The position numbers were made by a program, and so were the translations under genes. Source: a virus (lineage: Duplodnaviria; Caudoviricetes). Taken from it: a DNA stretch of 64,000 nucleotides. The notes below the pieces were generated by a model, which worked only from the letters and a program-made list of their open reading frames with translations, made no database searches and was not told the origin of the DNA. Shown here one piece after another: positions 36,565 to 46,437 of this stretch. Within the stretch, counting starts at the first letter, position 1. The number at the start of each line of letters is the position of its first letter. The DNA is taken from positions 32,001 through 96,000 of IMG/VR virus record IMGVR_UViG_3300029288_000107. One strand, given 5' to 3'.

Positions 36565-37308
36565 ATGACCATCATCGGCACGGTGCAGCTGCGGGACTTC
36601 GACCGGGGCGTGGTCCGGCTGCTCGGCCCCGACGAGGTGACGTACAGTGTGGACGGGGCCGCGCGCAAGGCGTTTGCGGTCGCGGTGCCCGGCGTGGACA
36701 CTGAGATCGCCATCTACGGCGGCCGCGTGCCCGTGCAGTTCGTGAACCCCGAGGACGTGTACCAGCCTGCCATCGTGCCGTGCTACCGGGTCGCGCGGAC
36801 CAGTGTGTCGCCCGCGTTCAACCGACAGCCCTGGTACACGCAGGCGGCCATCGCGGCGGCGCCGGGCGCGCGGGAGGTCATCCTGCCCAGCGGGGACCGC
36901 GGCTACAGCGGTTACGAGGAGCAGTGGCGGGCCACGCCGTTTGACGTGCAGTACGACCTCACGGTGTTGGGGCGACGGCAGGAGGACGCGCTGCGCATGC
37001 TGCTGCACGCGTTGCGCTGCTGCAAGCCGCCCTCGTGGCCCGTGGCCGTGGTTGACAGTATTGGGGACACCCGACAGTATGATGCTGTCGACCTCGGGGT
37101 AGACGACGTTTCGGCGGTGGCCGACGTGGCGGACCGGGTCGTAGGGTGGACAATGAGCTTTACCGTGTGGGCCGAGTTCGATCTGGACGACACCGTGACG
37201 GGCACGGCCTTCACGGGGGCATCGAGCCTGGACCCGCACGATCCGCTCTACAGCCGCCACGACCTGATCCTGCGGACGCATGTCGGGGTGGACCCGACGG
37301 ACTGGTAG
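36565..37308 (+). CDS. tail terminator/sheath stabiliser (gp15/Pvc16-like)
   Basis: PVQFVNPE, PFDVQYDL; upstream of the sheath. Confidence 0.65.
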   Translation: MTIIGTVQLRDFDRGVVRLLGPDEVTYSVDGAARKAFAVAVPGVDTEIAIYGGRVPVQFVNPEDVYQPAIVPCYRVARTSVSPAFNRQPWYTQAAIAAAPGAREVILPSGDRGYSGYEEQWRATPFDVQYDLTVLGRRQEDALRMLLHALRCCKPPSWPVAVVDSIGDTRQYDAVDLGVDDVSAVADVADRVVGWTMSFTVWAEFDLDDTVTGTAFTGASSLDPHDPLYSRHDLILRTHVGVDPTDW

Positions 37309-37309
37309 C

Positions 37310-37321
37310 GCACGCGCGTGC
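37310..37321. repeat. palindrome copy 10 (intergenic, after TAG)
   Basis: extends to a 16-mer. Confidence 0.9.
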
Positions 37322-37337
37322 GCGAGTGAGGGCACGG

Positions 37338-37874
37338 ATGCAGTACTGGAAGAACATCTCGGCGCGGGTGCAACCGGTTCCGGTAGGAAACGGCGACGTG
37401 GTCGCGGTGCGGCCGCAGGGCGAGGTGGAGGTTGTGGCGGAGTCGGCGGGGCTGCTGCGGCTGCGGGCGCAGGGCAAGATCGTGCGTACCGGGCGGCCCT
37501 TGCACCATGAGAAGGTGGCGCGGGGCAGCGTCGTGCAGGCGCCGGAGCGGCACCCGGTGAGCACGGAGTTCGCGCAGCACGTGGTGGAGCGCGGAGCGAC
37601 GCAGACCAAGGCGGACATGCTGCGGGAGAACGAGATGCGCAAGGCGCAGCGGGCGGCGGCGGCGGCCGATGCGGCGCCGGTGAATCCGGAGGTGGTGCCG
37701 GTGGTACCGGTGGTGCCGGAGGCGGTCCCCGCAGCGGAGGCGCCGGTGGTGGTGCAGGTGGGGGACGCGCCGGTGGTGCCGGATCCCCCGAGCGCGATGG
37801 AAGATGGTACGGATGGGCGGCGGTCGAGCAGGCGGCGACAACGGCACGGGACGAGCCGTAACGAGGAGAACTGA
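37338..37874 (+). CDS. hypothetical protein preceding the sheath
   Basis: YWKNIS...PV N-terminus, low-complexity tail. Confidence 0.6.
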   Translation: MQYWKNISARVQPVPVGNGDVVAVRPQGEVEVVAESAGLLRLRAQGKIVRTGRPLHHEKVARGSVVQAPERHPVSTEFAQHVVERGATQTKADMLRENEMRKAQRAAAAADAAPVNPEVVPVVPVVPEAVPAAEAPVVVQVGDAPVVPDPPSAMEDGTDGRRSSRRRQRHGTSRNEEN

Positions 37875-37876
37875 TC

Positions 37877-40800
37877 ATGAGTGAGCCGACCTATCCGGGC
37901 GTGTACCTTCGCGAGACGAGCAGCGGTCCCGGTGCGATCACGGGCGTGAGCACGTCGAACCTGGGCCTCGTGGGCTGGACCTCGCGCGGGCGCATCGACT
38001 ACCCCGTGCTGTGCACGTCGTTCGCCGACTACGTCGGAAAGTTCGGCGGATTCACGGCCGACGGGCTGGCGCCGACCATGGCGTACGCGTTCTTCGCCAA
38101 CGGGGGGCAGCGGCTCTACATGGTCCGCGTGGCGCACAGCGACGCGGTGGACGCCTCCTGCTTCTGGTACAAGACGGTGACCGGCGAGGTGCTGGGCCAC
38201 ACGGTGGAGGCGACGGGCCTCTACGTGCTGAGCACGAACAAGGTGCCGATTGTGCCGGGCTCGGTGCGCATGGAGTTCGAGGCGGCGGTCACCAACAATA
38301 TCTTCGAGGATGACGGCGCGGGCGCCATGACCTTCGTGGTGGCCGGGTCGGGCGGCGGCGGCGGCAGCGGTAGCATCGACTACGAGAGCGGCGAGATCAG
38401 CATCCAGCTCACGGTGCCGGGCGACTACATCGGCGGCGGCGGCGGCGCCAACGATCAGACCTGCACGTACGACTACCGGGTCGCGACGTTCACCATGCAG
38501 TGGCCGGGTGTGGTGGGCAACCTCTTCCGCGTGCGCATCACCGGGTCGCCCAACTACTACGACCAGGACACGGCGAGCTACAGCGCCTACAAGGTCATGG
38601 TCGAGGAGAACGTGGCGGCGGTGGGTGCGACGGCGAGCTGGCAGACCGACGAGACCTTCGACGAGGTGGTGCTCGACGACGCCACGGACGCCAAGTACTT
38701 CAAGACCATCATGGGCGACGTCTACAAGGGGTCGCAGATCGTGACGGTCACGGACTACGGCAACGCGCAGGACATCGCGGCGCTCAACGGCGTGGCGGTG
38801 ACGGCGGAGAACTTCGCAGGCGCGCAGGTGCCCGCGTACGACGGCACGACCAAGGCGTTCGCCTACACCATGGCCAACGCGGTGGCGCCGGGCACGTTGG
38901 AGGCCAGCTTCCAGTTCACGGAGTCGCTATACCGCATCGGCACCGGTGACGGCACGGCGGCCCCGGCCTGCAACCAGTTGGGTCACGACATCGAGGTGGG
39001 CGGCGGCACGGCGGCCACGGCGAAGGTGGTGGTCAACCTGACGCTGAGCATCGCGGGCGCCATCGCCATCTACGACGACGGTTTGGGCAGCCTGCGCACG
39101 GGTCCGTTCCCGGGCGTGGTGCACGGGACCGTGAGCTACACGACGGGGCAGGTCACGCTGGCGACGGCGGGCGGCAACGTGGTGGTGGGTGGATCGGCGA
39201 TCCGCATTTCCGCGGTCTACAGCGACGCGGTGGTCGTGGTGGACGACGGCAACGGCGGTGTGAGCGTGCAGACCCCGGCGGTGGGCACGGATCCGCCGAC
39301 GGAGTTCGGGCTCAACAGCAGTGGGACCAACAGCATCGACTACGACACGGGCGTGCTGACGCTCACGTGGAAGATCACGGGGCGCCCGGCGGACGGCCCG
39401 GCGGGCCTGAACATCGCGACGGCGGCGGCCAAGACCAGCACGGCGGGGCCGTGGGTGCTGACGCCGGGCTGCGCGTTCGACCTCGACGTGGACGGCGCGG
39501 GCGCGCCCACCACGATCACGTTCAACGCCACGCAGGGCTACGTGGACACCACGAACGTGTGGCCGGTGGCGGATTGCGACGGGTTTCTCGTCACGTTCGC
39601 AGTGAACGGGATCAACCGCACGGTGACGTTCGCCGGTGTCACGACGACGCAGGCGGCGGTCATGCTCCAGATTAACGCGCAGATCCCTGGCATCGCGAGC
39701 TACGATGCGGCGGGAGCGGCGAGGACGATCGCGGATCGGTACGGTAGCGGTTCGAACGTGACGATCGTGGCGAACACGACGGCCATGACGTTCGCGGCTC
39801 CGGTCGCGGGCACGGGCGACGCTTCCAACATCGAGGCCGTTACGGCGGCGGAGTACGAGACGCTGGTGGAGGGCCTCGTGGCCGCGGTGGCCGTCACGGA
39901 CAACGGCGACGGCACGCAGACCACGACATCGCTCACGACGGGCGTGGCGTCCGAGTTGACCTTCTCCAACCCGGTCCCGGCGGGCACGCTGACCGCGCTG
40001 GGAATCGTGGCGCCGCTCGACGTGTTTGGGACGGCGGGGTCGCTGGCGGGCAGCGAGTTGGCGGACTACTACACGCAGCCGAGCGACGAGGTCATCTACA
40101 CCATGACCAGTGGCAGCGACGGCACGGCCACCACGCGGGCGGACGTCACGGCGGCGGCGCTGGAGGCCAACGCGGAGGGCGTGTACGCGCTGTCCAAGGC
40201 CGACGAGATCATGCAGGTGGTCATCGCGGACTTCCAGACGGACGATGCGGTGTGCCGCGACGTGATCACGTTCTGCGAGAACATGGGCGACAAGTTCGGC
40301 CTGTTCACGGTGCCGGAGGGCCTCGACGAGCAGGAGGCGGTCAACTGGCGCAAGTTCACGCTGGCGCAGTACAGCAACAAGGTGGCGGCGCCGTACTACC
40401 CGCACGTCGCGATCACGGATCCGGTGAGCGAGGCCACGCTGAACATCCCGATCGGCGGCCACGTGGCGGGTATCTACGCGCGCACCGACAACAACAAGAA
40501 CGTGGGCAAGAACCCGGCGGGCGTCGAGGACGGCGCGCTGCGGTGGCTGGAGGGGCTGGAGGTCGACCTGACGCGGGCGCAGGTGGGCTACTGCGACCAG
40601 AACATGGTCAACTGCCTCGTGAGCTGGACGCAGACCGGCATGTGCGTCTGGGGCTGCAACACGCTGGAGGTGCCGGGCGGCCAGTTCGTGTACGTGTCGC
40701 AGAGGCGGCTCTTCCAGTACGTGGAGAAGTCGATCTTCAACGCGACGCACATCCACGTGTTCCAGAACAACGGTCCCGCGCTGTGGGCGGCCATCCGGCT

Positions 40801-40999
40801 CCAGGTCACCAGCTTCCTCATGGGGCTGTTCAACGCGGGCTACCTCGCGGGAACGACGCCGGACGAAGCGTTCTTCGTGGTCTGCGACGAGACCAACAAC
40901 GACGCGGACACCGCGCTGGTCTACTGCGACGTCGGGCTGGCCGTGTCCAAACCGGCGAAGTTCCTCATCTTCAGCTTCTCACAGCTGACGATTGGGTAG
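37877..40999 (+). CDS. contractile tail sheath with large internal insertions
   Basis: YPGVYLRE, FFANGG, YYPH, GHVAGIYARTD, VWG, YVSQRRL, AFFVVCDETNN, KPAKF. Confidence 0.95.
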   Translation: MSEPTYPGVYLRETSSGPGAITGVSTSNLGLVGWTSRGRIDYPVLCTSFADYVGKFGGFTADGLAPTMAYAFFANGGQRLYMVRVAHSDAVDASCFWYKTVTGEVLGHTVEATGLYVLSTNKVPIVPGSVRMEFEAAVTNNIFEDDGAGAMTFVVAGSGGGGGSGSIDYESGEISIQLTVPGDYIGGGGGANDQTCTYDYRVATFTMQWPGVVGNLFRVRITGSPNYYDQDTASYSAYKVMVEENVAAVGATASWQTDETFDEVVLDDATDAKYFKTIMGDVYKGSQIVTVTDYGNAQDIAALNGVAVTAENFAGAQVPAYDGTTKAFAYTMANAVAPGTLEASFQFTESLYRIGTGDGTAAPACNQLGHDIEVGGGTAATAKVVVNLTLSIAGAIAIYDDGLGSLRTGPFPGVVHGTVSYTTGQVTLATAGGNVVVGGSAIRISAVYSDAVVVVDDGNGGVSVQTPAVGTDPPTEFGLNSSGTNSIDYDTGVLTLTWKITGRPADGPAGLNIATAAAKTSTAGPWVLTPGCAFDLDVDGAGAPTTITFNATQGYVDTTNVWPVADCDGFLVTFAVNGINRTVTFAGVTTTQAAVMLQINAQIPGIASYDAAGAARTIADRYGSGSNVTIVANTTAMTFAAPVAGTGDASNIEAVTAAEYETLVEGLVAAVAVTDNGDGTQTTTSLTTGVASELTFSNPVPAGTLTALGIVAPLDVFGTAGSLAGSELADYYTQPSDEVIYTMTSGSDGTATTRADVTAAALEANAEGVYALSKADEIMQVVIADFQTDDAVCRDVITFCENMGDKFGLFTVPEGLDEQEAVNWRKFTLAQYSNKVAAPYYPHVAITDPVSEATLNIPIGGHVAGIYARTDNNKNVGKNPAGVEDGALRWLEGLEVDLTRAQVGYCDQNMVNCLVSWTQTGMCVWGCNTLEVPGGQFVYVSQRRLFQYVEKSIFNATHIHVFQNNGPALWAAIRLQVTSFLMGLFNAGYLAGTTPDEAFFVVCDETNNDADTALVYCDVGLAVSKPAKFLIFSFSQLTIG

Positions 41000-41021
41000 C
41001 GAAGGGGCAGCGAGGTAGGTC

Positions 41022-41495
41022 ATGGAGATCACGGTCTTCTCGGCGATACAGGAGCAGCACTTTCTGGTGGGGTCGCCCCTCGCCGGGGTGGCGCCAAACG
41101 GAACGGACTCAGAGGAGACGTGGGCGCGCGGGCGGATCCGGAAGTGGGCGGGTTGCACGGTGGGCGGGCTGTTCTCGTTCTACGTGGCTTCCACGTGGCA
41201 CGCGTCGCACTCGGCCAACCTGCGACAGATCGCGTGGAACCTGGACGGAATGGCGAACATCCAGTTCTCGTGGCGGGATCCGGACGGGATCTGGGTGCCG
41301 TTCGCGGAGCCCACGGCGGACATCGGACTGATGGATCTCCAGCAGGTCATGCTGTTCCCGCCGCGGGGAGCCCTGCGGGTGACGGCGAACGGGGCGACAC
41401 TGGCGGACTCGGCGATCGTAACGTGGTGGGAGGGCGGCATGTTCGACGACATGTTCGCTCACGTGCGGACACTCGGGCAGGAGGCGCGGCCGTAG
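41022..41495 (+). CDS. hypothetical beta-rich virion protein
   Basis: between sheath and tube; GAGG RBS. Confidence 0.55.
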   Translation: MEITVFSAIQEQHFLVGSPLAGVAPNGTDSEETWARGRIRKWAGCTVGGLFSFYVASTWHASHSANLRQIAWNLDGMANIQFSWRDPDGIWVPFAEPTADIGLMDLQQVMLFPPRGALRVTANGATLADSAIVTWWEGGMFDDMFAHVRTLGQEARP

Positions 41496-41519
41496 GCGGC
41501 GCGGCGCAGGAGGACCAAC

Positions 41520-42050
41520 ATGGCGAGGGCAGCGACGAACGACTTTCTGCAAGGGTTCCGGTACCACGCGGTGGCGCGGACGTTCGATGGCACCAACCCG
41601 TTGCAGATCGACCGCGGCGAGAGCGGCATGAACCCGCAGGCGGGGTTCCAGAGCATCACGATCCCCGAGCTGTCGCAGGACGTGGTGGAGTACCGCGAGG
41701 GCAACAGCTTCTGGACGGCGAAGCAGCCGGGCATCCCGACCGTGAGCGACATCACGCTCATGCGGGGCGTCACGAAGAGCGACACTACGTTCTTCAACTG
41801 GGTGCTCGGCGCCATCCAGGGCGTCAACTACCGGGTGGACCTCGATATCTACCACTACGCACGGGACGAGATGACCATCGGTGTGTCCACGACGGCTGCG
41901 GAGCCTAGCGATCGGCCGCTCTACTGCAAGGACTGCATCCCGACCCGCGTGAAGCCGCTCGGGGACCTCGATGCGACAGCCAGCGAGGTCAGCCTCGCGG
42001 AAGTCGACGTGGCGGTGGAGCGGTTCGCACACGATCCGGCGGCTGTCTAG
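41520..42050 (+). CDS. tail tube protein (T4 gp19/Afp1-like)
   Basis: AGFQSI..PE, VEYREG, KQPG, ITLMRGV, DLDATASEV. Confidence 0.92.
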   Translation: MARAATNDFLQGFRYHAVARTFDGTNPLQIDRGESGMNPQAGFQSITIPELSQDVVEYREGNSFWTAKQPGIPTVSDITLMRGVTKSDTTFFNWVLGAIQGVNYRVDLDIYHYARDEMTIGVSTTAAEPSDRPLYCKDCIPTRVKPLGDLDATASEVSLAEVDVAVERFAHDPAAV

Positions 42051-42057
42051 CGGACGC

Positions 42058-42069
42058 GCACGCGCGTGC
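42058..42069. repeat. palindrome copy 11 (between tube genes)
   Basis: extends to a 16-mer. Confidence 0.9.
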
Positions 42070-42085
42070 GCACGGGTGATCAGCG

Positions 42086-42700
42086 ATGGCGCGCAACATC
42101 CTAGCCGATCTGTTGCAGAACCATCGTTTCTGGCTCATGGATCTGGTGCCGTCGGCGACCTACCCGTTCTTCGTGTTGGGCTCCCCCATCTACGGGTTCC
42201 AGAGCATCTCGATGCCGGAGTACACGTTCGAGACGCGCGAGATCAAGCAGATGAACAGCATGCTCAAGCGCACCGTGTACGAGGGTGGCGGCTGGGGCAC
42301 AATCACGCTGTCGCGGGGTGTGCGCATCGTGGACGACACGTTCTACGAGTGGGTACGGCGCGCCATCGACGGGCTGGACACGATCGATCGGGATCTGCTG
42401 CTGGTGCAGTTCCACCCGGCGAGCGCGAAGATTCTCGACGGGGCCAACATCCAGGCGCTGGTCAACGGCGCCGGGGCCATCGGAAACCCGACGGCGGCGG
42501 CGGTGAACGCGCTGGTGGGCGGCATGGACTGCGGCTACCTGCGCAACATCCCGGGCAAGGCGTGGCTGCTCTGGGGGGCCGTGCCGACGCGCTACAAGCC
42601 GGGCAGCGATTTGGACGCAACGGACGCCGGGGTCAGCATCATGGAGATCGAGATCGCTGTGACGAATGTGTCTGAGTTTTCACTACTTTCGCCACTTTAG
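42086..42700 (+). CDS. second tail tube paralogue (Afp5-like)
   Basis: GFQSISMPE, ITLSRGV, PTRYKPGSDLDA. Confidence 0.88.
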   Translation: MARNILADLLQNHRFWLMDLVPSATYPFFVLGSPIYGFQSISMPEYTFETREIKQMNSMLKRTVYEGGGWGTITLSRGVRIVDDTFYEWVRRAIDGLDTIDRDLLLVQFHPASAKILDGANIQALVNGAGAIGNPTAAAVNALVGGMDCGYLRNIPGKAWLLWGAVPTRYKPGSDLDATDAGVSIMEIEIAVTNVSEFSLLSPL

Positions 42701-42709
42701 GAGCTAATC

Positions 42710-43033
42710 GTGAATGGACTGCGCGAGGTATTGCGGCGGGTGCAGGAGGCGGCGGTTCCGGTGGCGGCGTGGCCGGAGCAGTGGAGGCGCTGGGCGCCCG
42801 AGTTGGCGGACCAGCGGGTTGGTCAGCGCATGACGGCGGATCGGGTGCCCGTACTGCGCAAGGAGGGGCTGGACGGGGAGTGGGCCGTGGAGCGCGAGCG
42901 GGACGGGACGTTCCAGATGTCTTGTACTGTGGGCGTGGCGCGGAACTGGAAGTGGACGGGCGTAGCATGGTACAGGCGCCGATCCACCGGGGGTCGGATC
43001 CGGAGGAGACGGTGCCCATGCGGTGCGAGGTGA
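42710..43033 (+). CDS. hypothetical protein with leader (MNGLREVLRRVQEA); 3' end uncertain
   Basis: AGGAG RBS; may be the frameshifted first half of a gene ending at 43236. Confidence 0.5.
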   Translation: MNGLREVLRRVQEAAVPVAAWPEQWRRWAPELADQRVGQRMTADRVPVLRKEGLDGEWAVERERDGTFQMSCTVGVARNWKWTGVAWYRRRSTGGRIRRRRCPCGAR

Positions 43034-43236
43034 CTCTGCGGCCCAGTGAGCGTGGTGTCGCGTGGGACTGGAGCGTGGTGCAGGGCGAGCGCGACGAGGA
43101 AGTAGGGGCCGACGAGGGACAGGTGCCGTGGGCGCGGGTGGATGCGCTATCTGGCGTGGTGCGGGCGGCGGCGCGGGCCTTCGAGTCGGCGCAACGGGCG
43201 GTGGAGAACGGCGACGATTTGGACGTGGGAGACTAG
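43018..43236 (+). CDS. hypothetical protein
   Basis: GAGGAG before ATG 43018. Confidence 0.45.
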   Translation: MRCEVTLRPSERGVAWDWSVVQGERDEEVGADEGQVPWARVDALSGVVRAAARAFESAQRAVENGDDLDVGD

Positions 43237-43237
43237 A

Positions 43238-43672
43238 GTGGCGGACCTTGAAGCGGCCCGGGAGGTGGTGGAGCTGGCGCTGGCCGACCTGCGACGGGTC
43301 GGAGCGGTGCGACGCTACCGGGTCGGTGCTGGGGATGGGGCAGCCCGCGGCATCGCTACGCTGTACGGGCGGCACATGGAGGAGCGGGGCGAGGTGCGCA
43401 TCGAGGTGGTGCCGGACGGGTCCGATGCGGAGGTCGCCGTGCGCTGGACGTCGCCGCTGGGCGGGCGCTGGTGGGCGGAGGTGGTGGACCTGCCGGGGGG
43501 TGGCGCGGACCCGTACGGGGCGGCGTGGAGCATGCTGGACGCCGTGCTGGCGGACGTGCGGCGCTGGGCGACGGGATCCATTCGACCGGAGCAGTTGACG
43601 ACGGCGTACAGCCGTCCCAAGATCCGAGCCACCGTCGAGGCGGCGTGGGCGCGGGGGATGACGTGGGCATGA
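43238..43672 (+). CDS. hypothetical protein
   Basis: GTG start 1 nt after the upstream stop; ATGA overlap. Confidence 0.55.
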   Translation: MADLEAAREVVELALADLRRVGAVRRYRVGAGDGAARGIATLYGRHMEERGEVRIEVVPDGSDAEVAVRWTSPLGGRWWAEVVDLPGGGADPYGAAWSMLDAVLADVRRWATGSIRPEQLTTAYSRPKIRATVEAAWARGMTWA

Positions 43673-44298
43673 AGGCGATCTGCATCGCACCGAAGTTCAA
43701 CTCGGGGGCCAAGCACGATGCGACTGGCGCGTTTCAGCCGGAGGCGCGGGCCTTCGTGAAGCGGTGGGGAGGCACGCTGCTGCTGGTGGACAACCTTGCT
43801 GGTAAGGCGGCCATGCGGCGCGCCGTGCTGGAGGCGGTGGGGGCGGACCCGCCCGACGTGCTGGCGCTGTTCTGCCACGGGTGGAACACGGGCATCCAGT
43901 TTGGGTTCGGGCTGCGGGATGTGCCCGCGCTGGCCGAGCTGTTCCGGCGGAACGACCACGATCCGGTGATCGCGATCTACGGCTGCCTGACCGGCGGCAG
44001 CGCGGGGCCCGGCGGCGACGGGGGCTTCGCGGACGTGCTGCGGGATGCGCTCTGTGCGGTGGGGCAGGTGCAGTGCCAGGTGGACGCGCACACGACTGCG
44101 GGGCACGCGACGCGGAACCCGTACGTGCGACGCTTCGAGGGCGGGGGCGTGGCGAGCGGGGGCGTGGGGGGCTACTACCTCGTGACGCCGAGGTCGGCCA
44201 AGTGGCAGCGGTGGGTGCGGGCCTTGCAGGGCGATCTGCGGCTGCGCTTCCCGCTCATGTCCGCGATGGAGATTCATGCGGAGCTGGAGGGAGCATGA
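43669..44298 (+). CDS. putative clan CD (His-Cys) peptidase-like protein
   Basis: LALFCHG and IAIYGCLTG, then FA..L. Confidence 0.55.
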   Translation: MKAICIAPKFNSGAKHDATGAFQPEARAFVKRWGGTLLLVDNLAGKAAMRRAVLEAVGADPPDVLALFCHGWNTGIQFGFGLRDVPALAELFRRNDHDPVIAIYGCLTGGSAGPGGDGGFADVLRDALCAVGQVQCQVDAHTTAGHATRNPYVRRFEGGGVASGGVGGYYLVTPRSAKWQRWVRALQGDLRLRFPLMSAMEIHAELEGA

Positions 44299-44504
44299 GC
44301 CTGCGGGACTTGCGGCGGAGCATCGAGGAGAAGCGGCGGGTGGACCGGGATCCGGCCAAAGAGCTGTTCCACCGGTACTTCGACGACAAGCAGGTGCACA
44401 TGGAGGACGTCGCGAAGGTGATCGCGGAGATCGAGGACGCGCTGCGCGAGGGCAAGGACCCGAAGGCGTTCATGCCGGACCTCGTGCGGCGCTGGGGCAA
44501 GTAG
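44295..44504 (+). CDS. putative internal head protein, paralogous to a module of the 29785 protein
   Basis: leader MSLRDLRRSIEE; YF...V...K...EIE...GKD...MP..V. Confidence 0.7.
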   Translation: MSLRDLRRSIEEKRRVDRDPAKELFHRYFDDKQVHMEDVAKVIAEIEDALREGKDPKAFMPDLVRRWGK

Positions 44505-44505
44505 C

Positions 44506-44517
44506 GCACGCGCGTGC
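44506..44517. repeat. palindrome copy 12 (intergenic, after TAG)
   Basis: extends to a 16-mer. Confidence 0.9.
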
Positions 44518-44528
44518 GCAAGGAGGCG

Positions 44529-44972
44529 ATGATGGACAGGGTGTTGTTCGGGATCATGCTGATCGGGATCACGGTGGCGATGGTGGCGTGCGCGGTGACG
44601 GGCGTGCCGCGGGCGCGGCGGGGCGTGCGGGCTCTGGGCGGCATGACGGACGATCAGTGCGTGGCGCTCATGGAGAAGCGGGACGATGTGCTGCTGGCGG
44701 CTAAGATCCTCGGCGGCGTGGGTGGGCTCGGCGCGCTGGCCACGCCGCTGGTGGACATGGAGGACGACCGCAAGGAGCAGAACGCGCAGTGGGGCATCGC
44801 GGCGGGCGCCGGGACGGTGTCGGCGGTGGCCGTCGGCGTACTTTGGTACGGCGAGCGCAAGAGCCAAGAGTTCGAGCTGTACTGCGAGATGGCGGAGCGG
44901 GACGCGACGAGCGGGGCGAGCCCGGTGCTGGACGACCAGTACGGGCCGGGGGCGGTCGATGCCGGGCAGTAG
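44529..44972 (+). CDS. membrane protein (signal peptide or TM plus two Gly-rich helices)
   Basis: AGGAGG RBS; three hydrophobic segments. Confidence 0.65.
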   Translation: MMDRVLFGIMLIGITVAMVACAVTGVPRARRGVRALGGMTDDQCVALMEKRDDVLLAAKILGGVGGLGALATPLVDMEDDRKEQNAQWGIAAGAGTVSAVAVGVLWYGERKSQEFELYCEMAERDATSGASPVLDDQYGPGAVDAGQ

Positions 44973-45783
44973 GCGCGCGCTGCTGGTGGGCATCAACGCC
45001 TACCCGGGGCAACCCTTGGCGGGCTGCGTGGCGGACACGGCGGCGCTCGCGGAGCGGCTGGTGGCGCGCTACGCGTTCCGGCGGGCCGACGTGCGGGTCG
45101 TGACGGACGCGCGGGCCACGGCGGCGGCCATCCGGGCGCGGCTCGCGTGGCTGGTGGCGGGCGCCAAGCCCGGCGACGAGTTGGTCTACGCGTTCAGCGG
45201 GCACGGCGTGCAGGTGGCGGCGCGCACCGCGGCGGGCGAGGTGGACGGGCTGGACGAGGCTCAGGTGCCGGTGGACTTCGACTGGACGGACGGCACGCTC
45301 ATCCGAGACGACGATCTGGCGACGGTGTTCGTGGCGATCCCGGCCGGGGCGCACCTCACGGTGATCTCAGATAGCTGTCACAGCGGCACGCTGGCGCGCG
45401 AGTGGTCGCCGATCCGGCGGCTGCTGGGCCGCACGCGTCGGGCGCGGACCATGACGGTGCACGGGGATCTGGTGTGGCGCAACGCGGCGGCGCAGGGGCA
45501 CAAGCGGAACGGCCGCGTGCCGGTGCTGGCGGCGGGGGCGTGGCTGGAGGCGTGCCGGGCCACGCAGACGGCGGCGGACGCGTGGTTCGGGCGGAAGCCG
45601 AGGGGGGCTTTCAGCTACTGCTTTGGGCAGGCGCTGGATCGGGATCCAAACGTGACGCTGGCCGACCTGCGCGTGCTTGTGGGTCGCGGGCTGACGCGGG
45701 CCGGGTTCGGGCAGGATCCGGTGTTCGAGGGTGCAGAGTTGCATCGCCCGTTCTTGGGTGGCGTGCGGGAGGCGACGTCGTGA
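44959..45783 (+). CDS. metacaspase (peptidase C14)
   Basis: RALLVGINAY, L.GCV.D, FSGHG, SDSCHSG. Confidence 0.93.
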   Translation: MPGSRRALLVGINAYPGQPLAGCVADTAALAERLVARYAFRRADVRVVTDARATAAAIRARLAWLVAGAKPGDELVYAFSGHGVQVAARTAAGEVDGLDEAQVPVDFDWTDGTLIRDDDLATVFVAIPAGAHLTVISDSCHSGTLAREWSPIRRLLGRTRRARTMTVHGDLVWRNAAAQGHKRNGRVPVLAAGAWLEACRATQTAADAWFGRKPRGAFSYCFGQALDRDPNVTLADLRVLVGRGLTRAGFGQDPVFEGAELHRPFLGGVREATS

Positions 45784-46418
45784 GGACGGTGCGGGAGTTG
45801 CTGCGCGAGGCGGCGCGCGTCGCAGAGGCGGACGTGCGGGCGATGCCGTGGAAGTTCGGAGCGGCGGCCTACCAAGCCGCGTTGGGAGTGCACCAACCGT
45901 GGATCGCGGAGATCTCGCCGATGCAGTACGCGCACATGGGGAAGTCACAGAAGGCGGCGTACGACAAAAAGCGGTCGGCGGAGTGGGACGCGAGCGCCGC
46001 GGTGAAGCAGGAGTGGCGGGCGGCGGTGGCGGCCGCGTACCAGTCGGGGGAGTTCGATCCCAAGGATGCGGACGTGCACCCGGAGGCGGTGGCGGTGGCG
46101 CGCGAGGCAGATCGGGCGAAGGCGGACGCGGAAGCGAAGGTGGTGCGCGCGGTCAAGAACAGGGAGAACGCGATCACGGACGCCAAGCAGGTGAAGGTGG
46201 GGGATCGCGTGTGGCTGGTCATCCAACGCGCCTACGCAGAGGTGCTGAAGGTGTCGACGAAGAGTGTGGTGGTGAAGGGGGCGTTCGGACCGTACAAGGT
46301 GCCGGTGCAGGAGCGGACGCCGCTGCTGCTGTGGAACGATCCGCGAGAAGTGGGAGAGGCGGTGACGGTGCTGGCGTTGATGGGCGAGGCGGTGCTGGAG
46401 AGGGCGGAATGGCTGTAG
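45780..46418 (+). CDS. putative internal head protein, SH3/KOW-like C-terminus
   Basis: leader VRTVRELLREA; VKVGDRV...VLKVSTKSV. Confidence 0.6.
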   Translation: MRTVRELLREAARVAEADVRAMPWKFGAAAYQAALGVHQPWIAEISPMQYAHMGKSQKAAYDKKRSAEWDASAAVKQEWRAAVAAAYQSGEFDPKDADVHPEAVAVAREADRAKADAEAKVVRAVKNRENAITDAKQVKVGDRVWLVIQRAYAEVLKVSTKSVVVKGAFGPYKVPVQERTPLLLWNDPREVGEAVTVLALMGEAVLERAEWL

Positions 46419-46437
46419 GAGGGAAGGCGGTGGAGGG

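Noticed and set aside
42710-43236. Programmed frameshift joining the 42710 and 43018 ORFs
   Set aside because: No slippery heptamer found, and the second ORF has its own RBS; two genes or a simple indel are equally plausible.
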